NCBI GenBank assembly: GCA_964247055.1
Contig: OZ176059.1
Span: 1,798,001-1,862,000, forward strand
DNA length: 64,000 bases
Reading direction: 5' to 3'
From: Paragordius varius
Lineage: Eukaryota; Animalia; Nematomorpha
Both the position numbers and the translations under genes were made by a program. Numbering within the stretch: position 1 is the first letter of the stretch; the number at the start of each line of letters is the position of its first letter. Shown in pieces: positions 14,994 through 26,541 of this stretch. The notes beneath the pieces were generated by a model. That model had not been told where the DNA came from. It did no database searches and worked only from the letters and a program-made list of their open reading frames with translations.

Positions 14994-17900
14994 CAATCAT
15001 ATGATGTGTGGTGTGCAATTTTTAACTCTAAAAATTAATTTATATTCAAACACCCTTTATTTTTACATTTTCTTTTTTTTGCTACCTAGGTCTTTTTTGT
15101 CGTTCGACTTTAATGTTCATTTCCTTATATATATATGGTGTCCAATATAACTTCCTAAAATCCTATATATATATATATATATTTCTTTAAACACCCTTTA
15201 TTTTTACATTTCTTATTCTTCTGTTCAGGTCTTTTTTGTCGTTCGACTCCATCTACCTAGCGATGCGTTAACACTCGGACCTATCATAGATCCTGACCCC
15301 TACATAAATTGTGATTTAATGGATGGTCGTGATGCCTTCCTTAGCTTAGCACGAGAAAAACATCTGGAGTTTAGTTCAAGGCGTCGAGCGTATTTCAGTT
15401 CGATGGCCTTGTTGTATGAATTACATAATGCTGGGACAGATCGATTCGTTTACACGTGTAATCATTGCAAGAATCAAGTTGAAACACGGTACCATTGCAC
15501 GGTTTGTGATGTAAGTCTGCACCCTTATATTTTGTAGAATTTGGTTGGTTTTACTTATGTCATTTATTTTAATTAAGATAATTATTGAGGAAATATCATG
15601 TAGAAAATTTAATCTTATTCCACTATTAAACGTCTAAGAATGAATGAATAGGTGTATGATTTGATAATTGTTTAAATCAAGTTGAAACACATGGTATCAT
15701 TGTACTTGTATGATGTAAGTCTGCTCACCCTAATATTTTTACTTTAGAATCATTTTTGTTTTGTCATTGTACTTTAATTTGATAATTATCAGTATTTGCT
15801 CAAAAAACAATTAAGGAAAAAGCATAATTATATTTATTTTACTTTAGAATTATTGAGTTGGTTTGGTTTTAGTTTTAAATTTTATTTTGAAATTAATTAG
15901 TATTTGCTTAAAAAACGGTTAAGAAAAAGGCAGCATAATTTGTTGGATCTAAAGAATAATAAATCCAGATTTTGTTGTTTAATATTGTTAGGGATAATAA
16001 AATTGAGACTTTGAAGGTTTTTTAAGGTGTAATTTTTGAATGTTTAATCAATACGGCAGTACACTTTTTTATTTTGTTCAATTTCAGTTTTATTTTGAAG
16101 TTAGACTCTCTGGTGGTGAGTATAAATGTTAAAATTATATAAAAAATAATAATTTTATTGAGGAAATATCATGTATAAAATTTAATCGTACACAATTAAA
16201 CATCTAAGAATAAAGGGTTTTTATAAAGTGTAGATTTTCGGAATTGTCAAAATCAAATTTTCATATAATATCAGGGTATTTAATTCACAGTTTAGTGTTG
16301 TTTGCATTTTTTTGTTGTTGTTTAAAGAGATAATACTTATATATAGTATTCCATTTGCTTATTTACAGTATTGTTGGGGGTGTTTCGGAGTTTACAATAG
16401 CTTGTGTATATGTAACAAATATTCTCCTAATTAACTCAAACACATTTATGTTGGAAGATAGAAAGAAATTGTTTAATTTTATGATTTTGTTGTTGTTTTT
16501 TCATATACTGTTGTGTTTCCAATTCGTCAACTATATATATATATATATATAAGCTAATGTCTAACTCACTCATTTTTATCCAAATCTGTGTTTAGGATTA
16601 TGATTTATGCATTCCATGTTACCAGCGGGACGGTCATATCCACAAAATGGAACGGCTCGGATTTGATTTGGATGATGGTTTGACCGGTTCTACCGCGGGT
16701 GTCGGTGTTTCAATGGCGGTTGCCAGTTTTAGCGGTACATCAGCTGTCTTTGGGGCGGCGGCATCAGCTGGTGGTTCTTCACTTTTACTGTCGGCCTCTA
16801 TGACATCATCGCTATCAGCTGCTGGAACAATCGGGTTTAGCGGATCATCAGCTGAGGGAGGAATAAAACGGGAAACTGCCGCGGACTTGCAAGAAGCCCG
16901 ACAACAATCTATACAACGTTGCATAACTAATTTAGTAATTATTTATATGTTACCTTTTTTTATATATATGATTCTGCATTCTTTAAACAGTTTTTAGTTT
17001 AATTTATTATATTAAATTATATTTAAAACCAAAAGTTGACAGGCAAATATTTCATTAAAGAGACAGTTATACCCATACTTTTTACCTTGATCTTTCCTGC
17101 ATAAATTATATATCATATATAATCGGTATGTATTATTAATATACAACTCTATTTATTCTTTGTAACCCAAAAACGATGTAGGTTTTATAGAAAATATTAA
17201 GCCTATTTAAAAAAGTATGGCTGTGCTGCCTTTATGTATGTAAAGTTAAATATATATGTTTTAATCGTTTTTACCGTTCTGTCTGTCTGCATATGTATAA
17301 TTTCAATTATTTTCTTTATTTAACTACTACATTACAATTTTTTACTTTAACGTTTTTCTGTGCGCGTATGCTTTATAGGTCCATGCATCCCAATGCAAGG
17401 ATGCCAATTGTCGACTCCCAGCCTGCCAGAAAATGAAACGAGTCGTGGCTCACACCAAGGGCTGTAAGAAGAAGGCTAATAGTGGGTGTCCTGTATGCAA
17501 ACAGTTTATAACACTGTGTTGTTTCCACGCCAAAACATGTAACATAAATAATGCTGTAATAAACAACGATAACAGCAGCAACAACCCTGAGGGCAAATGT
17601 CCTGTCCCATTCTGTTACAACATTAAACAACGCTTCCGTCAACAAAAGGAACAACAAAGACTGCAACAAGAACAATACACGTTACGCCGTATGGCGGCTA
17701 TGAATGCAGCGGCATCGGCGTCAGGATCAGCTGTTTCATCCTCCTCTAGTGGATCCGGTGGACAACACCTGACGAGCGGGTACCGGTCCTCATCGTCAGC
17801 TGTTACCGGTGGGCTGTTGAATAACAACAACAATAACCCTAATAAGGGAGGAGGAGGAAATATGAATATGGTCGTTGCCGGCGGCAACAAGCAACATCAG

Positions 17901-19928
17901 CTGTTTTTGCATGGTGGCGGACAACAGCAACCGCAAAATCAGCAGACAGCATGTGGAGTTGGTAAACACATTTCTATGTCGACGACGAGTACGAGTAATA
18001 ACTCTTCTGCATTACAACCGCAACAACCTTCATCACGATTTATAAGCGCATCAACAGATGGTGGAAAGCCTTTGTCTTTCCTAATGTACAATAATAACAT
18101 TGGGGGGAACAATCCTATGATGATTGGAACCAATAATACCAATACCAATAATTCATCATTTTCAGGGGCAGAATTTGGATCATCTCATCTCTTACAACAA
18201 CAGCAAGCATACCCCGTTGCCATGGGCAACAACACTCTCCTTCCACAACAACAGCAGCAAAATAATTATCGAGGGAATGGTCCAATTCCCTCTACCGCTC
18301 TTCCCTCTACCGCTCCTCCACCTCCGGTCGGTGCACTCCAAGTCGCTCAAAAGATTCAACAAATGGCCGCATTTCAACACCAACAACAACACAAAGATAA
18401 TAGCAATAGCCACAACAACAATATAAATATGATGAATACCAATTTATACTTCAACAGTAGCAATAATCCGAATAATTCATTAGGTCTGCCACCACCAAAC
18501 AACAACATTGGTTTAGGCAATAGCAACTATCACCTATCATCCTCACAACAACAACAACACACCTTGGGTCCGCCTCCGCCCTACCATATGAATCAATCTT
18601 CTACAATTAAGAAACCGCCACCATTAACAAATTCTATCCTTAGTCGTGCACCACCATCTACTAACATGGGAGTTGCGGCACCCCAGTTGTTTGGGGAGTC
18701 TGGCATTAACAATGCGTCGTCCTCCGTTTCCAATTACTTTGACGCTAATGTAAATAACAGTAATAGCAGTAGTAATACAATCATGTCAGCCCTTTTACAA
18801 CAACAACAGATGGCGGGAACAACTGTTTGTTGTCCCCAGCAACTGGCGGGCGCTGGTAGTTCTTCGACATCATCAGCCCAAAAGTTTAGTGCTATCCACC
18901 ACTTAATAAATACGCTCAAGGCATCACCATCCCCCCAACAACAGCAACAGGTATTGAGTATCCTCAAAAATAATCCACAAATCATGGCGGCATTTATTAA
19001 ATCAAAGAATCAACAGCAACAGGCACAGGCACAAATGCAGCAAGCAAACAACAACAATCAGCTGATTTCATCATCCCTCCTGTCGTCGTCGTCAAATGTA
19101 GCTATGGTTTCCACTTCTGGTGGCGGTGGTGGTGACGTTTGTATGAATCTCGATTACATTAACAATACCAATAACAATTTAAATATCAACAACATTCCTT
19201 TAAACAATAATAATAATGCACGTGTCCTCGGTTATAGCGGTGACTTGGGTCAACACCCCTACCCGACTGGTCATCACAATCAAAATTTTCATCAGCAAGC
19301 AGGATATGCATCATCATCAGCTGTTGCTTTTAATGCTCATCATCAACAAATGTTTGTGGTACAGCAACAACAAGGAAATACCATCGGTAGTAACAGTACT
19401 CCCATTATCTCTTCTATGCAATTTTCGGGGGCAACATTAACACAGCCCAATAATTCTACCACTGATTACACTTTTTACCACAATAACAGTAACAGTAATA
19501 TCAGTTTAAAGCCACACGTGACTTACACCGTTACTATGGCAACATCGACCACGACTAATCAACATTATTCAAGAGGAGGAGTCACAAAAAAAGCGGGCGG
19601 CGGACCAACACCCCCATCCGCTAACCCAAAACTCAACCAAATGTTAGATTGTAGCAGCCTTAGTAATAATAGTAGTACTTCCACCCCTAACAATGAATCA
19701 CCGTTTTATCACAACAACAAAATGACTAATAATATTGCGACAAATGACCCAATCAACCATTCAACAGCAGCCATACAACAAAATAATTCTTTATCAAACA
19801 CGAATAATAATGCTCCACCACCAAACTTATTACTACATCATCGAACGATGGCACCACAACAAACTAATAAACAAAGCTTACAACAACCTCCTCCTTCTAA
19901 TATTATACCTACTACCGGTCCATCTTGA
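744..19928 (+). CDS. CREBBP: CBP/p300 histone acetyltransferase, 3' portion (17 exons in window; TAZ1/KIX exons lie upstream of the window)
   Basis: Exons 744-2277, 2550-2668, 3216-3386, 3775-3932, 4398-4478, 4830-4886, 5444-5521, 5845-5912, 7070-7220, 8829-8975, 11605-11718, 12966-13131, 13601-13891, 14399-14587, 15229-15510, 16596-16934 and 17379-19928 are all GT-AG and phase-consistent. The joined protein follows the human CBP domain order and motifs ([77 protein letters not shown]). CBP and p300 cannot be distinguished; an invertebrate would normally have a single ortholog (nejire/cbp-1). Confidence 0.97.
2550..2668 (+). CDS. CREBBP: CBP exon: bromodomain N-terminal part
   Basis: [40 protein letters not shown]; TACAG acceptor, GTATGT donor. 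Confidence 0.96.
2836..3187. mobile_element. MITE family A (TA|CCATTTAC termini, 21-bp subterminal repeats)
   Basis: TA-CCATTTACAG...GTAAATGG-TA; conserved core AAACTATGCGCCATAAAGATATATTTCATATTAAT. Confidence 0.8.
3216..3386 (+). CDS. CREBBP: CBP exon: bromodomain
   Basis: [57 protein letters not shown]; CCTAG / GTAAGT. Confidence 0.96.
3775..3932 (+). CDS. CREBBP: CBP exon: bromodomain end and RING start
   Basis: [52 protein letters not shown]. Confidence 0.95.
3989..4262. mobile_element. MITE family A copy
   Basis: Same core and GAACAATTCAAATTCACCCTT units. Confidence 0.7.
4398..4478 (+). CDS. CREBBP: CBP exon: RING
   Basis: [26 protein letters not shown], phase 2-2. Confidence 0.94.
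4830..4886 (+). CDS. CREBBP: CBP exon: RING end
   Basis: [18 protein letters not shown] corresponds to human ISKDQFEKKKNDTLDPE; phase 2-2. Confidence 0.9.
4900..5440. repeat. Intronic tandem repeat, about 100-130-bp unit with (TA)n
   Basis: AATTATTGCAATTTTAATAT recurs 4 times. Confidence 0.7.
5444..5521 (+). CDS. CREBBP: CBP exon: PHD finger
   Basis: [26 protein letters not shown]. Confidence 0.94.
5845..5912 (+). CDS. CREBBP: CBP exon: PHD end
   Basis: [22 protein letters not shown]. Confidence 0.94.
7070..7220 (+). CDS. CREBBP: CBP exon: HAT domain start
   Basis: [51 protein letters not shown]. Confidence 0.95.
7298..7963. mobile_element. MITE family A copy with an expanded left 21-bp array
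   Basis: Many degenerate units at 7300-7750, then the core and a right end GTAAATGG|TA. Confidence 0.75.
8025..8790. repeat. Degenerate tandem array (about 5 copies) of the family B right arm
   Basis: Repeated AATTAAG...AAAAAGTAT...TTTGTCTTTATAT...TTTTGTCCTTCCATAGTATAATT units. Confidence 0.75.
8829..8975 (+). CDS. CREBBP: CBP exon: HAT
   Basis: [48 protein letters not shown]. Confidence 0.96.
9035..9715. repeat. Intronic minisatellite, roughly 35-40-bp unit (TTCATTAGAAATCAGTATAGTT...)
   Basis: More than 15 imperfect tandem copies visible. Confidence 0.85.
10091..11575. repeat. Family B MITE with its right arm amplified to about 11 tandem copies
   Basis: Left arm 10091-10190; units starting AAATTAAGGTT near 10334, 10461, 10577, 10708, 10823, 10935, 11046, 11158, 11264, 11374 and 11478. 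Confidence 0.85.
11605..11718 (+). CDS. CREBBP: CBP exon: HAT
   Basis: [38 protein letters not shown]. Confidence 0.96.
12363..12560 (+). mobile_element. Possible Helitron-like 5' fragment
   Basis: A|TCTATACTTTAATAATAAG resembles non-autonomous Helitron 5' ends; no 3' hairpin or CTRR end found. Confidence 0.3.
12583..12882. mobile_element. MITE family A copy
   Basis: TA|CCATTTAC...GTAAATGG|TA. Confidence 0.85.
12966..13131 (+). CDS. CREBBP: CBP exon: HAT catalytic core
   Basis: [55 protein letters not shown]; catalytic Trp and Tyr motifs intact. Confidence 0.97.
13150..13600. repeat. Intronic tandem triplication
   Basis: GTTGCATTT...ATAGCTCTG...AAAAACGCATTTT recurs 3 times. Confidence 0.7.
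13601..13891 (+). CDS. CREBBP: CBP exon: HAT and acidic segment
   Basis: [36 protein letters not shown]...DKDVDSED. Confidence 0.96.
14399..14587 (+). CDS. CREBBP: CBP exon: lysine-rich autoinhibitory loop
   Basis: [51 protein letters not shown]. Confidence 0.95.
14690..15228 (+). repeat. Tandem copies of the intron end plus the first codons of CBP exon 15229
   Basis: TTCAG|GTCTTTTTTGTCATTCGACTTCATCTA at 14760, CCTAG|GTCTTTTTTGTCGTTCGACTT at 15090, and a degenerate copy near 14920. Confidence 0.85.
15229..15510 (+). CDS. CREBBP: CBP exon: HAT end and ZZ start
   Basis: [12 protein letters not shown]...[26 protein letters not shown]...[22 protein letters not shown]. Confidence 0.96.
16596..16934 (+). 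CDS. CREBBP: CBP exon: ZZ end and TAZ2 start
   Basis: [28 protein letters not shown]...[15 protein letters not shown]. Confidence 0.95.
17379..19928 (+). CDS. CREBBP: CBP terminal exon: TAZ2, Q/N-rich region, NCBD (IBiD)
   Basis: [32 protein letters not shown]...CPVPFC; NCBD-like [33 protein letters not shown]; TGA ends at 19928. Confidence 0.95.
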   Translation, partial: VHASQCKDANCRLPACQKMKRVVAHTKGCKKKANSGCPVCKQFITLCCFHAKTCNINNAVINNDNSSNNPEGKCPVPFCYNIKQRFRQQKEQQRLQQEQYTLRRMAAMNAAASASGSAVSSSSSGSGGQHLTSGYRSSSSAVTGGLLNNNNNNPNKGGGGNMNMVVAGGNKQHQLFLHGGGQQQPQNQQTACGVGKHISMSTTSTSNNSSALQPQQPSSRFISASTDGGKPLSFLMYNNNIGGNNPMMIGTNNTNTNNSSFSGAEFGSSHLLQQQQAYPVAMGNNTLLPQQQQQNNYRGNGPIPSTALPSTAPPPPVGALQVAQKIQQMAAFQHQQQHKDNSNSHNNNINMMNTNLYFNSSNNPNNSLGLPPPNNNIGLGNSNYHLSSSQQQQHTLGPPPPYHMNQSSTIKKPPPLTNSILSRAPPSTNMGVAAPQLFGESGINNASSSVSNYFDANVNNSNSSSNTIMSALLQQQQMAGTTVCCPQQLAGAGSSSTSSAQKFSAIHHLINTLKASPSPQQQQQVLSILKNNPQIMAAFIKSKNQQQQAQAQMQQANNNNQLISSSLLSSSSNVAMVSTSGGGGGDVCMNLDYINNTNNNLNINNIPLNNNNNARVLGYSGDLGQHPYPTGHHNQNFHQQAGYASSSAVAFNAHHQQMFVVQQQQGNTIGSNSTPIISSMQFSGATLTQPNNSTTDYTFYHNNSNSNISLKPHVTYTVTMATSTTTNQHYSRGGVTKKAGGGPTPPSANPKLNQMLDCSSLSNNSSTSTPNNESPFYHNNKMTNNIATNDPINHSTAAIQQNNSLSNTNNNAPPPNLLLHHRTMAPQQTNKQSLQQPPPSNIIPTTGPS

Positions 19929-22834
19929 TATAGTTGATAATCATCAATACTTATTTTTTAATAAGCAAGAATTGTGAAAGAATCGAGCAAAGTTTTGAAT
20001 AATGAGATTTGAAGATAATAATAATCATAATAATATTATTTGTCGAAGTTGACGCTAGAAGAATTGAAATGTATATTAGGGGTCGGGTCGGATAGGGAAA
20101 TATAATATTAATTTTTCGTTACCCCCCTCGCCTTATTATACACTAATCTAGCTATATATATATGTTTATCCATATGTTATAAACAAAACAAAGCACACAA
20201 TTCTTGAGACATTTACGCATAAATCTACGATTCATATAAATATATATATATATATAGCATGTGTTGTTAATAATCATATATATTATAATATTTATATACA
20301 TATTATCATTATTACTTTTGAGACTTTATATTATGCGATTGTATGAAAAAAAAAACAAAAATCTAAATTATTTTTTATGTATGATGTATACTGTATTGTA
20401 AATATATCGATATTATACAGGTATTAATGATTCCATATCATTATACCTCTCCTCCCTAGTTATATATATATATACAAGTTACCAAACACAATTCCTATAT
20501 ATGCACCCCCCGATCATCATTTAGTTTTTAGCAATTATTTAAAACAAGAGAAAATGGAAGGCTTAGAATTTGCGTTGCTATTTAAAACTTTTATATGATA
20601 TGATATGATATCATTCTCACTCTCTCACCTTTGATTTGTTGCGCGTGTTACTTACTATTATTTGTTATAACAAGTATTAAATTATTTTTCATTACACAAT
20701 ACAAATAAACTACACATGCATTCTCGCGTATACATATCTTTACAACATATTTGTGTTGTGATTATTAAATTTGGAATTTGTTGTAATCTAAAATTGACCC
20801 CTTTATTAAAAGAGGGAAAAAACGAAAGATGGTGGTGGCTTTTTAAAGGCCTACGAATGAAAATTGCCATTTACTTGCGACAAAGTTAGATTAAAAGTGA
20901 TACCTTGGCAAATTATCGCGACGAAAACAGTGAAATATCTCAATTTGGAATTCTACAAAACAGTTCAATCTGATTGGTTTTACATGTAAAAGATATACGA
21001 GAATGAATATAATCCAAATAGTAATCCATACTCCCCCCCCCCAAAAAAAACAACAACATTGAAATCGAGGCATATCAGCTGTTTTATATAGCACATTTGA
21101 AATCACGCTATGTATGTTTGTTAAAATATAGTTACAATAACTTTTATTGTATTCTCTTCTTAAGATTTTATATGGATATCCCCGATTTAATCATATCTAT
21201 ATGTATATGTTGACATAAATCATTATTTTTTATTTGTTGACTCTTATTATTATTATCATCTCTTCTTAAGATATATATTTTATTCTTATTACTATATTAA
21301 AATTATTACGAATACTATTATAATTATTATATCATCAATAAATTTTATAAATTGTTTTTGTTTCGGTCCTTATAATCTAATACAGTAATAACCATCATGG
21401 CAACCAATTATATTTTTTAAATCAAGATTAATATTATAACTACCCGTTTTGGCGAATCAAAGTGTATTTAATTAATTTTAAAAATCTTTTTTAATAGTTT
21501 ATCATGGTTTTAAAAATATGACCTTTTTGAAAAAAAAGTATATATTCATTTTGGTGCGATGATTTGCGATTCATTGATATTGTCTAAATATGGGGAAATT
21601 GATATAAACCTTTTTGATTTTGAAAGTCATAAACTAAAAAAGTAGGCGAATTATAAGTTAAAAACCCAATGCTAATTAAAAATTAATTAATAATAAGGGA
21701 TATCACACATGGTTAAATAATTTACGTGGCTCGGTTTCTCCATTCTTCAAATAATATTATTTTATTCTTCCCTTTTAAAATTTAAATTTCACAATCCTCC
21801 AATTTGTTATATGAGTTATATTTTCAACTAATATCCAATATTTTAATGTATTTTATAAAAAGAATATTTCAATTTAAAATAGTTTTTAAAAATGTAGATT
21901 TATGGCATCAAATTATTCTGATAAATGTTTCAATTAAATGGAATGCTTAAAGCGATTTTGCTAAATTTACATACAGATCTTATAAAATTATACAAACAAA
22001 ACGTAATTTTTTTTATTAAAAGACAACCCCATATTTTTTCAGATTCAATTTATGAAAGATGACTTATTGTTTTGGGTTGCGAAAAAGGGAATAGATATGT
22101 AAATTGTTAATACACTCAATTATATAATTTAATGTAGTTTATGGAGGAAAAATTAAGGTTTATAAAAAAAAATATTTGCATTTATATTTTTACGTTTGTC
22201 CGTATAATTTCAATTATTACTGTAAGTATGATATTTGTAAAACTTTATTCAATGTATGATTTTGACTGATTAAACTTGAATTTTAAATTGATAATTTTAA
22301 ATTAATGGTAATTTTTCTTTTTTTGTGATTTAAGATATAAAAAACTCTCTAAATTTATCATATTAAATTTGTTTAACGCTAGGTTTTCGTCAAAATTAAT
22401 TGTTTTTTATAATATCAACTTTAAATTACTAGAGTAAACGTGTATAATTTTGTAATTTATTAAATAAATTTTAACTATTAGATATCTGCAAGAGCTGTAT
22501 TTGATTGGTGATGATTAATTTATAATTTGTTAAATATATCTAAAACAAGCTCCACACCGACATAGAAAATATGTTGTTCGAAATAGTTTAGTTTTATGAT
22601 AACTTTTAAGCCGTTATAAACCGTAACTGTGATAAAGTGTTTATAATAATTTCTTGTTAAATTTGGTTTTCTCAAAAGCTAATTATCTCTCGCTGACCGA
22701 TATTTCCCTGAGGCGACATCTCACTCCTTTCCTTAAGTTCGGTCGGTATCTGAGATGAAAATTGATATATAAACTTTTTTTGAGTAAAATCTAAAATAAT
22801 AGAGAATATTGATAGTTTAAAAAAAGCTTTATAA

Positions 22835-23720
22835 CACTAGACAACAAATTTGACTTTTTTAAGTGCCATGCTTGTAAATTTAAAATTTATTTTATAAAAA
22901 ACATAATTAGTATATCTGAAATTAAAATTGGTCTAACACTAGAGAGTATTTCTTTTATAATTTTCCCATTTAACATTAAACTTGAAATATTTAAAATTTA
23001 ACGTTTTAGATATAAAGCCACGTATTTTATGTCATTCAAAAGGGCGCGAAAAACTGTATCTTTCGAATGGTAGTTAGTCCTTTAATTAATCTGATCTAAA
23101 AGTTATTTTGGTTTATATGGTAAAAATCAACTCTTAAATAAGTCAAATATATTTACTAACAACCTATTTTAAAAATCATATAAATTATAGAGTAATTTAT
23201 CATAATTAAAAACGTCTTTGAAAAAGGGTTTGCTTTTTTAAATTATTATCAAAATTATTCTCCCTAGTGGATACTGAAGTGTATATCTATACTGTTTTGT
23301 TAATAATTGAAAGAAAAAATACCTTAAAATTTGTTTTTAATCTTTGAAATTTTAAATTATCAACCTTCTAAAGAAAATAAATTAATAATGTTGAGATGGT
23401 TATTTTTTATAAAACGAAAAGGCTATTTAAAATCATATAAAATCAATAAATAAGTGGTTTAATCAAATAAACTTTCTTGTATTATCTTTTTTATATAGTT
23501 TTTATTACTCTTTTAGATATATTACAAATGTGTTGTTGTATATCAAAGAAAAATTTTTTTAGTAAAATTCTTATAAAGGGGGCGCATTTCTAATTATACA
23601 AAATTCCCGGGTGCATTCATAATTTTTATTCAGATTTACTGTTAATATGATAGTAAGTATTTGAAAAAGTTTAAAAAGATATCGTTATTAAAGCACGAGA
23701 CCGAAATAGTTTTGCTGCTT
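22835..23720. mobile_element. Second, older copy of the CACTA-like element
   Basis: Starts CACTAGACAACAAATTTG and is collinear with 51418-52534 over about 850 bp; right end degenerate. Confidence 0.65.
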
Positions 23721-23879
23721 TTTCAAAAATGACTTGTGGTTATCTAAACTGTGTTATTTGTCATTTTGCGAAGTTCAACGATCTTTACTCGTCATTTTAG
23801 GAAAAAATTGCGATATATTTACTTCAAACGATAAAATTGAAAGTTTTATTTAAAAGATCAGCATTTAAAAAGTAGGATT

Positions 23880-24623
23880 GAAAAGAATTGAAATGTTTTC
23901 CAGTGTCGACAATTTTGTAATTGAGAAAATTCATAAAAAAACTTTTATTGCAAAAACTAGATCAGTTAAAGGCGCTAGAAATACAGTTCCGTACATATTT
24001 TATATTAAATATTGATTTACAAAAAATAGTTTGGATTCAAAAGCCGTCTTGGATTGGCTTAGATGAAATTGATTATCTGCCACTTAAAGCTCAAGAAATT
24101 GCTAAGCTTTCGTGTGACTCAAACTTAAAATTACAATTCAAAAAAGCCCTTGACTGAATTCTGGATCGGAACTAGAACTGAATTTTCCACAATCGCCGAT
24201 ATGGCGTTAAATGTATTTCTGCCATTCAATACCACATATTTATGTGAAGTTAATTTCTCAGCTTTAACACACATTAAATCTGAGGTCTTACGTCCAGCAG
24301 TTTCAAACATTACACCAAGATTTGATTTGTTATGCAATAAAAACCATGCACATTCATCTCATTAATATCTTAATCTTTAATATAATATTTACCACGGAAC
24401 TACTTGGATATATTCGAGAGAATTAAGACGATCAGTCAATTTTAGATTTTTATAGGTTTTAAAACGAATTCTAAATTTATATATTTTCATATGCATATGT
24501 ATATTGTTACCTGAAAAATATATCATCAAATAATATTAATTTATTTTTCTTTTATATTTGTTGGGGTCGTTAAGAAACTCGCAATCATAAATGGGGTCGG
24601 AAATCAAAAGTTTAAAAAGCCCG
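23880..24623 (+). mobile_element. hAT (Buster/Charlie-type) transposon 3' remnant, frameshifted
   Basis: Dimerisation-domain motif FWIGTRTEFSTIADMALNVFLPFNTTYLCEVNFSALTHIK...RFDLLCNKNHAHSSH*, followed by a Buster-like right end (GGGGTCG...AAAAGTTTAAAAAGCCCG). Confidence 0.85.
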
Positions 24624-25041
24624 GTCTAATGTAATTATAATGTTACTTGATTAATATTTGTTGTTATTTCATCCATTGTTTTAAACATAACGTCAGATAA
24701 CTAATGTGCAAGATGAACTTTTAAACAAAACGGCCAAACGATATTTTTTAATAAACTTTCTTTGATTCAAAATTTCTGATTATTGCATTTTAGTCGCTTT
24801 TTAACTTTCGAAATTGAAACATAAGTTTATCTATTTGCAATATTCTCAATCGACCTTAGCAACAACGACAACAAAATTTCATAATCAAACTTCAAAAGCA
24901 GCCGATTGTTTTAAAATCTAGAGTTTATTTTTTACTTATTTGCAACGTGACCCACAATTTAGTAGTATTCTGAAAGTGGTGATTATACAAAAATAGAAAA
25001 ATTAAAGAGACTGTTTGCCCAAACATTGGTACACTAGGTAT

Positions 25042-26103
25042 TACCAGGTGTGGTCATAAATCATTACCAGCAGTTATACTAAATGAAGGCTGAGCAAAAA
25101 GTATGCATAGACGATTAAATTGATACAGACCCAATTTTTTTCATCTAACATTAAACGACAAAGACACACAAGGTTCATATATTTTGAGGGACGCATTTCT
25201 TAACTTATTTCTTCAGAAGAAAAAAGGTATTGAAAGTCATCGTTGAAAATTTTATAAGAGGTGATTTAAATATGAAAAGGGCGCTCTGAAAGATCACATA
25301 ATTGCAAATACGATGTGCAAGGGTATTTGGATGGTAAAAACAAAAAACAATCAGCATCTACGAAAGAGAAATATCGAGTAAATGAATTCCCTAATTTGAT
25401 TGTCGTCAAATAAGAAAATCTCAGTTATTTGTATATTTGTGCCATAATGTCACGAAAGGGAATCATTTTTGCATCAAATGACTAGTAAAAACAAGCTTTA
25501 TTGTATAATCCAAAGAAAAAATGTGCCTTTAATTTTACCATGCTGGTCCATCAACTCCAAGGCTAATCACTTCTGCAAAAAAAACATGCTGTGTGTCTGG
25601 TAAGGCCAAATCGGTATTGTGTATTATCAACTTCTAAAGCCTGATGAAACCGTTAATAAACAAAGCTTTAACCAACAAATGATCAATCTAAACCAAAAAC
25701 GACCAGAATGAACCATTGTGACAAAGAGTTTTCGCTAATGACAAGGCTCCGCCTCATACAGAAAAAGTAAAACACACCTTAAAATCACCTCAATTTGAAT
25801 TCTTTCGCATCCGATGTACTCATCCTGACCTGGCACCATTTGACTATTATCTCCTCGCATTAATGGGACACAATTATATAGAGATTTGCTTCAATAATTT
25901 CCAAGACGTTAGAATTAGCTAACGCATGGTTTGCGACAAAAAACAATTAACTAATTTTCTGCCATGGCATACACATATATTACTTGGGAGATGGGTGAAA
26001 TGTGTATGAAGGACAATATTTTGAATAATAAAATAATTGATTGCCTTTACAAATTTTATTTTAATAATTAAAAGCCGGTATTAATTTCTGAATAATCCTA
26101 GTA
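25042..26103 (+). mobile_element. Degenerate mariner (Mos1/mauritiana-like) transposon
   Basis: Fragments MLCVW*GQIGIVYYQLLKPDETVN and DKAPPHT...HPDLAPFDYYL. About 30-bp imperfect TIRs (TACCAGGTGTGGTCATAAATC... and its counterpart ending at 26103, 21/30 identical by eye), with TA flanks. Confidence 0.85.
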
Positions 26104-26353
26104 TATATTTGGCTTTACTTAGGAGCAATTTACTACTGCGCCTACATTAACTATATATATCAAATGAAACATCATTTTATCCAACTCATTTTCAATACTA
26201 ACTTAAAGTGCGCTGCCGATTTTTTAATTTAAATAATACTTAATTATAAATTAACACAATAACTTTTTCATAGTTTTATACATCCAGTATTAATAATTTA
26301 TTCAAAATAATCTATGTTATTTACAATATAAGGGATGGTATATGTAAAATTTT

Positions 26354-26541
26354 TCAATAATAATAAGGAAGAGGTCTTCTACGTCGAAAGTTACAATTGA
26401 CTTTTCGATTTTGGAGGTAAAAATCATAACCACATTTGCCACAGTAATTGGGTACGCAAACGGCTTTTGGAAATCGTCTACACCGTTTTCCTAAACACGG
26501 GTCCACTGCACAATCAACCAATGGTTTCGTACATGCTCCTC
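26354..26541 (-). CDS. Cys-rich protein exon 3 (module 2 and stop)
   Basis: GTAAG acceptor; C-x6-C-x4-C-x4-C-x7-C-x4-C-x2-C-x12-C, then RRRR and TGA. Confidence 0.88.

Noticed and set aside
914-19977. Small alternative-frame and antisense ORFs overlapping CBP exons (e.g. 914-1141, 13587-13895, 16634-16924, 17639-17890, 18734-18985)
   Set aside because: By-products of low-complexity coding sequence with no independent domain signal
20000-21400. Short ORFs at 20682-20870 and 20891-21106
   Set aside because: No motifs; most simply the CBP 3' UTR or downstream DNA. The poly(A) site cannot be fixed because AATAAA-like words are ubiquitous here
22680-22770. GC-richer patch with a possible minus-strand exon (IPTELKERSEMSPQG)
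   Set aside because: No recognisable homology, no partner exons and no convincing donor
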